IMG/VR virus record: IMGVR_UViG_3300035531_000138
Span: 1-40,766 of that record
Reading direction: 5' to 3' (one strand)
DNA length: 40,766 bases
Source of the DNA: a virus
Lineage: Duplodnaviria > Caudoviricetes
A program made the position numbers and the translations under genes. Within the stretch, counting starts at the first letter, position 1; the number at the start of each line of letters is the position of its first letter. The notes under the pieces were generated by a model, which was given only the letters and a program-made list of their open reading frames with translations, had not been told where the DNA came from and did not search any database. Shown in pieces: positions 15,029-23,210 of this stretch.

Positions 15029-15122
15029 TGTGTGGGTTGTGTGTTAATCTCTCACCGTATATAGGTGATACAAAAATAACCAGTTAAACAACTATATTCA
15101 TATCTGCCCACCACACAGGGCA
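15029..15122 (+). ncRNA. Candidate pseudoknotted RNA motif, copy 2
   Basis: 5' TGTGTGG complementary to loop of TGCCC-ACCACACA-GGGCA; internal TCACC/GGTGA hairpin. Confidence 0.55.
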
Positions 15123-15130
15123 ACTAAATG

Positions 15131-15170
15131 AACCGACAGGATTCTCTCCCTTACCTGTCGGTTTTTTATA
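15131..15170 (+). terminator. Intrinsic terminator with anti-SD-like loop
   Basis: AACCGACAGG/CCTGTCGGTT stem, loop ATTCTCTCCCTTA, T-tract. Confidence 0.85.
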
Positions 15171-15420
15171 ATTCCTGAAAAACATACTACTTTTTCAGGA
15201 AGTATTTCTGTTATACCCCATTTATCACGCACTATAGAAATAATATGCTGTTGATTGTACTCACTACCCCTTCCCTATCCATTTACATTGAATCAAATCT
15301 CCTGCCAGTAAAAAGCACAACCAACCAAATTGTCAAAAATGACGCAATATCACAATTTGTGATATCAAATTGTCAAAAATAGCACTAAACAGCTGTAAAG
15401 TATTTCTTTACTACTGCCCC

Positions 15421-15490
15421 AAGTGGGACTAAGCGGGACTATGTTGTCCCAAGCTGTCCCAAGCTGTCCCATGTTGTCCTATGCTGCCAT
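15421..15490. repeat. Seven 10-bp-period units with GGGAC/GTCCC cores
   Basis: aagtgggact aagcgggact atgttgtccc aagctgtccc aagctgtccc atgttgtcct atgctgccat. Confidence 0.8.
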
Positions 15491-15709
15491 ACAATCGTAT
15501 AATTAAATCATACAAATTTCCTCAGACTATCTGAAATATCGAATGGTTGCATTGTAATATCCAAACCATTTTGCGCATATAATTACGTTGCTGCATAATG
15601 TTCGGCATAATCTGTGCACGTTTATTAGCAGTTTCCCTCCCAAAGAGGACAATTTAAGGATATTGTTTCCCTATGCAGAGAGAAACTTATTGGCTTGTCA
15701 ACAGATGAT

Positions 15710-16123
15710 TTATTTACCCAGAGCCATTATTGACGCTAATTTTTTTGCTCTATACCCAACTTGTTTAGCCCATTTGGAATCGAGCATTTCTTTAGATGCT
15801 TTTAAATAATCTTTTTCTCTTAAAGCTGCCAACATTCTCTTAAAACCTAAAACGCCATAAAGTCCTAAGTTAAAAATCATCTCTATTAATACATTTTTTC
15901 TCGCTCTATTTAGTTGGTACATATTTATATTTAATCTACCAAGTTGGGAAGCAGCTCTATACAAATCATTCTTAAGTAGGAATTCTGCTTCTGTTTTACT
16001 TATCCCTACATCTTCAAGATTTCTGCCATATCCTATAGTTAATTTGCCAGCTGAACATTTATAAGGTTTTGACCTAAATCCTTCGTGCTTTTTTACCCTC
16101 TCAATTAATTCTTTAGTTACCAT
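15710..16123 (-). CDS. Endolysin, T4-lysozyme-like (GH24) muramidase
   Basis: HEGFRSKPYKCSAGKLTIGYG; EMIFNLG; EMLDSKWAKQV. Confidence 0.92.
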   Translation of the reverse strand: MVTKELIERVKKHEGFRSKPYKCSAGKLTIGYGRNLEDVGISKTEAEFLLKNDLYRAASQLGRLNINMYQLNRARKNVLIEMIFNLGLYGVLGFKRMLAALREKDYLKASKEMLDSKWAKQVGYRAKKLASIMALGK

Positions 16124-16254
16124 TAGTTTACCTTAAAATATGATGACAGTCACCCTGAACATCTATTTTTTTCCAAATCATAATATCGGATCTTTCCCTA
16201 ACCAAACTCTAATTTGGTTATATATTGTAAATAGCAATCTTTTTAAAAATCTCA

Positions 16255-16452
16255 TTATGCCCCCAAAATTAAGTATATTAATGCCGATAACACACCGCTG
16301 TTTATTGCTAGTAAAACTTTTAAATAGACCGACATTTTTGACACCTTTGAGCGCAACCCTTCTTGACCATTACCATTAATTATTTTATCGTGTTCTTTTA
16401 TTTTGTCACCACAGACTTCCAACATTGTTTCCATTACTTCTAAACTTGCCAT
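16255..16452 (-). CDS. Small protein with C-terminal transmembrane segment (holin/haemolysin-like candidate)
   Basis: GNGQEGL motif and hydrophobic tail; adjacent to endolysin. Confidence 0.6.
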   Translation of the reverse strand: MASLEVMETMLEVCGDKIKEHDKIINGNGQEGLRSKVSKMSVYLKVLLAINSGVLSALIYLILGA

Positions 16453-16453
16453 T

Positions 16454-16822
16454 TTATCCCACCATTAAGTATATTCCTATTCCAATTATCAAAACCCACA
16501 CCCAAAATTTACCAGGGGGATGTGGAATACCAAACCATTTCGATGTTTTATTATATAAAGCATTACCATATCTTATATAACAGAAAGCCATTTCATAAAG
16601 TGCTAATCCTGTTATTACTAAAGCTAATATTTGCCATATATTCACAAATACAAAAACTAAAACTAATCCTATAATCCCTATATTTTCAATTAATCTATAT
16701 ATATGATAAGTTCTTGGTTCAATTTCAAAGATATTATCGCTAGCACCCCACGTGTAACCCTCGGTTATACCCTCAGCAATGAAATAAATCATTGCAAATA
16801 AAAACATTAATTCATAATTCAT
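16454..16822 (-). CDS. Multi-pass membrane protein
   Basis: About four hydrophobic segments. Confidence 0.75.
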   Translation of the reverse strand: MNYELMFLFAMIYFIAEGITEGYTWGASDNIFEIEPRTYHIYRLIENIGIIGLVLVFVFVNIWQILALVITGLALYEMAFCYIRYGNALYNKTSKWFGIPHPPGKFWVWVLIIGIGIYLMVG

Positions 16823-17354
16823 ATTGAATACCTACCTTCACATTCCATTCGCTAAATTCACGCCTAACTATACGAGACTTCCAAAACACATCAAAGACAT
16901 AAAAATCAACCGACAGCTTAATAGAGTTATCGGTATAGTAATTGACAAAATCACTTGTAAAGAAATCGTTCCTGCTTTCTATGCTTAGCAGCTTCCACAC
17001 TTGCTTCTTAAAATCCGTTCCTGCTACGAAACTTGTCTCGGGAGTGTTATTATACCATTCTTGTTTTATTCCAGCGTGTAACGTCTTATATGGAACTCTC
17101 AAGGCAATCCCTTTTACATCATTACTATTATAGTATTGCCACATCTCTTTAAGCTGCAAAAAAGAGTATTCCTGTTGTAACCAAACATAATGGCTATAAA
17201 ATTCATAGCCAGCTTGACGTTGTTTAGATAGTTCCATATAGAAGTCGTCCTGCTTGCCTATTTCAGTTGTTATGCAATAATCAAAAGGGTGTTCTGGAAC
17301 GGATTTTGCACTAAAGGAAAGTGCTAACCATAAACTTAACAATAAATTAATCAT
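16812..17354 (-). CDS. Exported protein, putative outer-membrane beta-barrel
   Basis: Signal peptide; amphipathic aromatic-rich strands; C-terminal WNVKVGIQYEL. Confidence 0.6.
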   Translation of the reverse strand: MINLLLSLWLALSFSAKSVPEHPFDYCITTEIGKQDDFYMELSKQRQAGYEFYSHYVWLQQEYSFLQLKEMWQYYNSNDVKGIALRVPYKTLHAGIKQEWYNNTPETSFVAGTDFKKQVWKLLSIESRNDFFTSDFVNYYTDNSIKLSVDFYVFDVFWKSRIVRREFSEWNVKVGIQYEL

Positions 17355-17515
17355 TTTTTCCTTATAAAAATACTGAATATCTTATCAATGTATTCTGCAA
17401 TATAGTCGAAAGGGTCTTTGCCCTTTATTTTGTTGCCTAAGAACTTGGCAATACTGCCAGCAACTACCAAGGCAATTACTGACAGCACCCAATTTTCGGT
17501 TATAAAATCAAACAT
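17351..17515 (-). CDS. Small membrane protein, holin-like (54 aa)
   Basis: MFDFITENWVLSVIALVVAGSIAKFLG...; overlap coupling. Confidence 0.6.
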   Translation of the reverse strand: MFDFITENWVLSVIALVVAGSIAKFLGNKIKGKDPFDYIAEYIDKIFSIFIRKK

Positions 17516-17759
17516 TATCAAAAACTATTTCAACTACTCTAATTATAAGAGCCTTGATTTCGTTTTTGTCTAAATCAGCCAATTCGGCTGGTAATTCGGA
17601 AGTGTCAACGTCCATAAGCACACCACGAACCGTGTTTACAACAATCCCGATTACTTCACCAGTTGTTAATTTACCGTCATCTTCATAAGCTTCCTTAACC
17701 TCGATAATAGTATCTTCTATTTCGTTAAGTAATGCTTGTAACTGTTCTATACCTTTCAT
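17508..17759 (-). CDS. Acidic hypothetical protein
   Basis: EDDGKLTTGE and ELADLD motifs typical of lysis-region small proteins. Confidence 0.75.
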   Translation of the reverse strand: MKGIEQLQALLNEIEDTIIEVKEAYEDDGKLTTGEVIGIVVNTVRGVLMDVDTSELPAELADLDKNEIKALIIRVVEIVFDNV

Positions 17760-17962
17760 AATTCCTCCTGTTCTGATTTAAATTCTTCATAATTATTAAA
17801 GTCCTTGCCGAACTCACGTAGTTTATTGGCAAACTCGTCAAAGCTGTCTGTCTCAAAGCAATTCTGAGAAGTAGCAGTCACTGTGCCATTCTCTTCTACA
17901 TAGCTTTGTAAGCCTGCTTCTGTCCATATTATCCTAAACCGTTTTGTCATTTCAGTTATCAT
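17756..17962 (-). CDS. Small hypothetical protein
   Basis: GGAGG SD; follows the repeat protein. Confidence 0.7.
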   Translation of the reverse strand: MITEMTKRFRIIWTEAGLQSYVEENGTVTATSQNCFETDSFDEFANKLREFGKDFNNYEEFKSEQEEL

Positions 17963-17970
17963 ATTGCCTC

Positions 17971-19161
17971 CTATTCGGCCACTCCGCCGTCTGTTATATC
18001 CCAGCCGTCATTTACGAGTGCTGTTCTTGCTGCTTCTGCTGCACCGCCAGCTGTGTAGGTAGCATTATTGAAATGTATAGGCATTGTATTAGCAGCACCT
18101 GTGTAATGTGTCTGCCCTTCCCAAGCTATAAGCAGTGCGTCATAATCAGCTGTGCTCATTGAATTAGTGCAACCAGCCATAAAGTTTTCGGCATCTGTCA
18201 ACGCTGTTATTGTCCAATCTTTTACTGTGCCAAGATTAGCAGATGACATACTGTCGCAGCCATCGAACATATACCCCATATTCGTCACTTGACTGGTATC
18301 GAAATTGCTCACACTCTGGTTGAAAGAGGAGCAGCCATAGAACATGCCATACATATTCGTCACTTGACTGGTATCGAAATTGCTCACACTCTGGTTGAAA
18401 GAGGAGCAGCCATAGAACATATGATCCATATTCGTCACTTGACTGGTATCGAAATTGCTGACACTTTGGTTGAAAGAGGAACAGCCAAAGAACATATACC
18501 TCATATCCGTCACTTGACTAGTATCGAAATTGCTGACACTTTGGTTGAAAGAGGAACAGCCAAAGAACATATACCCCATATTCGTCACTTGACTGGTATC
18601 GAAATTGCTCACACTTTGGTTGAAAGAGGAGCAGCCATAGAACATGCAATACATATTCGTCACTTGACTGGTATCGAAGTTGCCCAGACTTGGAAGAGTA
18701 GTAATCGAGCTACAATCTCTAAACATATTTAAAAGACTCGTGCTACTAATATCAGGTGCATCAGTAGCTGTAATAGTCATATTAGAACAGCCATAGAATG
18801 CAGCATCTGTTGTAATATCTAAGTTACCAAATTGGCTAATGTTGGTTAACTTTAATTTATCTCCACCATCATCAAACTGCCAGCCTTCAATTGTGCCATA
18901 TATCTTAACCGTATAAGTGCCAGCAGTAGAGTAGGTGTGTGTTACTTCAGCTTGGTCATAAGCGGTTATAGTGTCGCTTGTGCCATCACCCCAGTTAGCT
19001 ACAAAGTCGTAAGTGCCGGTGCTAACTAAGGGCAGTGTAATCTGGGTGTCTGTACTAGTGCCAGTATTATCCGTTTTCCAAGTGGATGTAAACGGTGCTC
19101 TTAATCTATAGGCGGGAATGCCAAGATTATTATGCATACCAAGCCCTAAAGAAAGATTCAT
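17971..19161 (-). CDS. DUF285/BspA-like leucine-rich-repeat protein with PKD-like N-domain; probable receptor-binding protein
   Basis: WGDG...HTYSTAGTYTV PKD-like motif; 25-aa FDTSQVTNMxxMFxGCSSFNQSVSN repeats; end of tail module. Confidence 0.85.
   Translation of the reverse strand: MNLSLGLGMHNNLGIPAYRLRAPFTSTWKTDNTGTSTDTQITLPLVSTGTYDFVANWGDGTSDTITAYDQAEVTHTYSTAGTYTVKIYGTIEGWQFDDGGDKLKLTNISQFGNLDITTDAAFYGCSNMTITATDAPDISSTSLLNMFRDCSSITTLPSLGNFDTSQVTNMYCMFYGCSSFNQSVSNFDTSQVTNMGYMFFGCSSFNQSVSNFDTSQVTDMRYMFFGCSSFNQSVSNFDTSQVTNMDHMFYGCSSFNQSVSNFDTSQVTNMYGMFYGCSSFNQSVSNFDTSQVTNMGYMFDGCDSMSSANLGTVKDWTITALTDAENFMAGCTNSMSTADYDALLIAWEGQTHYTGAANTMPIHFNNATYTAGGAAEAARTALVNDGWDITDGGVAE
18262..18682 (-). 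repeat. About six near-identical 75-bp tandem repeats
   Basis: Unit recurs at 18281, 18356, 18431, 18506, 18581, 18656. Confidence 0.95.
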
Positions 19162-19448
19162 ACTTTCCCCCACATTATAAATATTTCTTGATTTTGCACT
19201 CCATTTAGATAGAAAGTATCCATTTTTGTGTGTTTTAAGTAGAAGTGCTCATAGGCGGCAATTGGATATTCTGCACCGCTACTTGACTCTGAAATTGTAA
19301 AATTAGAACTTGAAACTATTGTGCTTTCATCATAACCAGAACAATCTACTTCCGCTTGCCCAGTAGCGTCTATTGTTATCTTTTCTATCGTAAAATTATT
19401 CCAAGTCATTTTTGGAATTAAATTTGTATCTGTTTGAAATCTTCCCAT
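19158..19448 (-). CDS. Small virion/tail-associated hypothetical protein
   Basis: AGGAGG SD; beta-rich; tail module. Confidence 0.7.
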   Translation of the reverse strand: MGRFQTDTNLIPKMTWNNFTIEKITIDATGQAEVDCSGYDESTIVSSSNFTISESSSGAEYPIAAYEHFYLKHTKMDTFYLNGVQNQEIFIMWGKV

Positions 19449-19463
19449 AATATCCTCCTAAAT

Positions 19464-20405
19464 TTAAGATAAAGTATAAGCTGCTCCGCCTAATATATAC
19501 CAATAAATACTGCCTGAAGACATTAAAACAACACCATAACCTATTTTAGCAGTAATAGTACAAATAGAACCTGCTGAAGTCGTTGTACCGTCAGATGGTA
19601 TCATTTTATCACCAGCATAAGCTTGGATTGTAATAACAGCATTTGTATTTACATTAGATTGCATAATTATAAACATAACACCAGCGTTAGAGCTGCTAAC
19701 TTGTGGTAAATTTAATGTAATTGCTGTATCTCCTACATTTACTGGTACATACCCACCATTATCACCTACAGTTAAGTTCGTATTAGTTGTTAGAGGTGAA
19801 ACTGTTGCTCTATTAATTCCCTGTCTCGGATCATATATCTCATTAATACCATCAAGTTTATTTAATTCAGCAGCTGTTACATTAATTGCTGAACCATTTA
19901 TTTTTACTCCACCAGTAAAATTATAATTACCAGTAATATCCTCATTAGCTGCCTTATCGGGAATATTCTGAAGCTCAACTTCGGTAAACCCACTTTTAAT
20001 TAAAGATGAAGGTGTATCTAAAAGAATATTCTTTGCCGTCAAGTTATAGCCCGACATATTAAGGTTACCAATTTTAGTATCGGCAATATCTTTTGATATA
20101 TAATTAGTAAGGTCTATTTTTATAGGTGCAGCTCCATCAATATATGCCCAAGCCGAAGCATCATTATCGTAATATTCAATTCTATATAACCCGCTATCAT
20201 TTTCATTAATATTGATATACCAATATCCATTACCAATTTCGGTAAAATTACCGCTACTTACTGTATTACCAGTATATTCACCATTATCACTACCATCACT
20301 ATCGCTATTACGTAATCTTATCCCAGCGTTTATATAATTAGATGAGCTATATGCTGTGCTATCTGCAATAGTTGTGAATAACTTTAAAAATTTAATTTCT
20401 GCCAT
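19464..20405 (-). CDS. Putative tail fibre / minor tail protein
   Basis: TAAELNKLDG fibre-like motif; S/T/N/G-rich; position. Confidence 0.65.
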   Translation of the reverse strand: MAEIKFLKLFTTIADSTAYSSSNYINAGIRLRNSDSDGSDNGEYTGNTVSSGNFTEIGNGYWYININENDSGLYRIEYYDNDASAWAYIDGAAPIKIDLTNYISKDIADTKIGNLNMSGYNLTAKNILLDTPSSLIKSGFTEVELQNIPDKAANEDITGNYNFTGGVKINGSAINVTAAELNKLDGINEIYDPRQGINRATVSPLTTNTNLTVGDNGGYVPVNVGDTAITLNLPQVSSSNAGVMFIIMQSNVNTNAVITIQAYAGDKMIPSDGTTTSAGSICTITAKIGYGVVLMSSGSIYWYILGGAAYTLS

Positions 20406-20415
20406 ATTTTATCTC

Positions 20416-20988
20416 CTATGAAATTGCTACGCCTGCTGACGCACCCGTTAAGTCTGGAACTTTATATATAAAACCATTATCTGTATCTTCATAAAATACA
20501 TACTTGAATTCATCTTTGCTTATCATATCTCTACTGGTAGCTGTAGCAGTTAATCTTTGCCCAACCAGTTTAGTATTATCTATTATATTATAAACCCTAA
20601 TATTCTCCAAAAACATATAAAATGAATATTGGAAGGATTGGGAGGCATCTGGAGTAGGTCTAATCTTAACCCAGCGCCCATTTTTTATATTATTTAAATA
20701 TCCAGCTAAGAAGTTAACAATATTATCATTAAAATCATCTGAGTTAAAATCGTGATAGCAAACAAGATTAAGCTGTATTTTGGGCTTGTAACCATAAATA
20801 TGCTTAACCGTATTACCATTAGTAGTATTATAGCTAACCGAAACTTCGCCAATATCTATAAACTGCGAATTATCTTGTCTAAAACGATATCTTCTTTGGT
20901 CTTCCCAACTACCATTAGCATCAGATTCTTGTATATCAGGTGCATGCATCCAAATAACTAAATCTTTATTACCAAATAATACTTTCAT
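20416..20988 (-). CDS. Putative tail-tip protein
   Basis: 190-aa ORF in tail module; GAGG SD. Confidence 0.55.
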   Translation of the reverse strand: MKVLFGNKDLVIWMHAPDIQESDANGSWEDQRRYRFRQDNSQFIDIGEVSVSYNTTNGNTVKHIYGYKPKIQLNLVCYHDFNSDDFNDNIVNFLAGYLNNIKNGRWVKIRPTPDASQSFQYSFYMFLENIRVYNIIDNTKLVGQRLTATATSRDMISKDEFKYVFYEDTDNGFIYKVPDLTGASAGVAIS

Positions 20989-21035
20989 TTCTTACCTCTA
21001 TATTTATATAGAAAAATATACTTTATTTTTGTCAA

Positions 21036-23210
21036 CTATTTTATTTCCTGTAACACAATTTCTGTTTTATGGTCGTCTGGTTTAAATTCTATATAAGTGA
21101 TTAAATATTTTATTGAATTGATTCTTGCATAATCACCTAAATTAATATTTCTTATACCGAATAATTCTTTTGTGTATTTTCTGCTACCACGTCCATATTT
21201 AATATCGTAATAAGCAATATAAATTCGTAAACGCTGTGTATCATTTTCATAAGTTTTTAATTTTAAACCAGAAAAATCAAGCCTGCTAAATGATAAATCA
21301 GAATAAACCTCATTTTCTAATGTTATTTCATTTCCGCTAATATTACCATATCTATTATTTATTTCTACCTTTATTGGGTTTTCAGCTGGGTCCGCTGTGG
21401 TTCTATCATAATCTAAATAGAAATAAGAATCATATAACATAGTTATCTCTTTTAGCATAGTACCAAGTGTCATATTTTTAATATGATAATAAAAAGAAGC
21501 GGGGAAACGTGATATTGAAGCTCTTAATTTAGTATATATTCTATAATTTATTTCATTAAGTGGTGTATAATTACCCCAAGGTGTTTCAAGCCCGTTTGCA
21601 AAATAATACCTATTATCAAGCGACGCACTATAATCTCTTAAAGATATAATACCGTTTGCATTTATATAAGCACACCAAGAACGATCAATAACTGCCAATT
21701 GTTCTTCATAAGTTGGATAATGAAGATGAGCCCATTCCTTTCTACCAAGATAAACAAAATTATTTTCGTTATTATTATTATTATAGCTATTATTGCTGAA
21801 GCAATATAGATATGAAAAATAATTTTCTGCTCCTCCTCCGACTGGATAACTAACATTTGCTACAGCACATTCTATTGTTGCACCACTTATATCATTATAA
21901 CCCCATTCTTGTGCATTAATTTGATGCACAAAAAAACAACGAGATGGATTAATAGAAAAACTAACTGACAAATCAACCAAAGTAGAACCATTTACTATTT
22001 CAAATAAATGGCAATATACATTAATGAAGGGTGTAGACTGTTCATCTATATTATCATTATCTAATAATAATAAATAAACTCTATTAGTTTGAGATAAATA
22101 TGCATCTAAAATATAATATTCATTTTCACCATCACCGATTGTTTCATCAAAATTAAAGCTAATATTATCAGATTCGCTTATATCTATATTATTATTAAAG
22201 ACTACTTCTTCAGGAGTAATTGGTAATTGTCTTCTGGTTATAATTTGTAAAAATTCATTTCTTAAATAATTAATAGCTGTATCTGTGTCTTCATAAATAT
22301 CATTAGGATCGTGTTCTTTAGATGAATAAAGATAATATGGTTCACCAATTGGGTCATTATCATCATCCATATCTTGTGTTAATTCACCTAAATACATATC
22401 TTTTTCTTTAAGGAATGCCAATATTTCATAGGCTTTAATATCTATTCTGGTGGGAACATTAGAATTAAAATCAACTACACGTTTCATATCGTGATTAGAA
22501 GCAAATACTGTTATATTGCGAGTAAGATTACTTGAAAGATAGACTAATTTAAAGTCAAACCTAAAAATAGCCGTATTTACATTAAAGAATGTATCAATAT
22601 CAAAATATCCGCTGCCTTGTTCAATATCAAGTATACTAAAATCTAAATTAGCTGAACGATAAGCAAAGATATTATCTTCTATTTCTCGTACTACATTATC
22701 AATTTTATAAATATAATCTGTATTTAAAATAACTGAATCATATTCTGGTTCATTTATAATAACATCATCTATATAAGCAGCATGGTCATCTATCGGTATT
22801 ATTTTTATTGTAATAGCTTGATTAATATATGCTTCTGGCATGTCAAAAACAAAACTATCATTTGTCCAAGATTGTTTCAGGGGCAAAAACCGAGAAAAAT
22901 AAAGATTACCACCAATATAAATCTGGATAAGTGGTTTCCCCTTATATGTAAAATTAACTTTATAAATTCCAGCTTTATTAATATTGAATGTTTGTTGTAT
23001 ACGAATGTTACTATCACCAGCAGTCCAATCTTCATTTATTAATTTCACACCAAACCCACCTGGTGATTGAATCGAACTTAATGTGCCATTAGCAGTATTT
23101 ACCGCTTGCCAATAATCAGGAATATTACCGCTTTCATTCCAGCTTTCAAAAGAACCATTTAAGATTAGATTCTCTCGCCAAGAAACTTTACAACTTAAAC
23201 TAACATCCAT
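21036..23210 (-). CDS. Large tail-tip protein with N-terminal carbohydrate-binding-like domain
   Basis: NLILNGSFE...YIDDV CBM4/9-like signature; directly after tape measure. Confidence 0.7.
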   Translation of the reverse strand: MDVSLSCKVSWRENLILNGSFESWNESGNIPDYWQAVNTANGTLSSIQSPGGFGVKLINEDWTAGDSNIRIQQTFNINKAGIYKVNFTYKGKPLIQIYIGGNLYFSRFLPLKQSWTNDSFVFDMPEAYINQAITIKIIPIDDHAAYIDDVIINEPEYDSVILNTDYIYKIDNVVREIEDNIFAYRSANLDFSILDIEQGSGYFDIDTFFNVNTAIFRFDFKLVYLSSNLTRNITVFASNHDMKRVVDFNSNVPTRIDIKAYEILAFLKEKDMYLGELTQDMDDDNDPIGEPYYLYSSKEHDPNDIYEDTDTAINYLRNEFLQIITRRQLPITPEEVVFNNNIDISESDNISFNFDETIGDGENEYYILDAYLSQTNRVYLLLLDNDNIDEQSTPFINVYCHLFEIVNGSTLVDLSVSFSINPSRCFFVHQINAQEWGYNDISGATIECAVANVSYPVGGGAENYFSYLYCFSNNSYNNNNNENNFVYLGRKEWAHLHYPTYEEQLAVIDRSWCAYINANGIISLRDYSASLDNRYYFANGLETPWGNYTPLNEINYRIYTKLRASISRFPASFYYHIKNMTLGTMLKEITMLYDSYFYLDYDRTTADPAENPIKVEINNRYGNISGNEITLENEVYSDLSFSRLDFSGLKLKTYENDTQRLRIYIAYYDIKYGRGSRKYTKELFGIRNINLGDYARINSIKYLITYIEFKPDDHKTEIVLQEIK

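Noticed and set aside
15588-15809. 73-aa + strand ORF and similar short antisense ORFs in the track
   Set aside because: No SD, overlaps a well-supported gene on the opposite strand
18262-18682. Diversity-generating retroelement variable region
   Set aside because: No reverse transcriptase or separate template repeat in the window; repeats are in-frame tandem units and many adenines are invariant
18289-18732. 147-aa repetitive + strand ORF
   Set aside because: Antisense shadow of the 75-bp repeats
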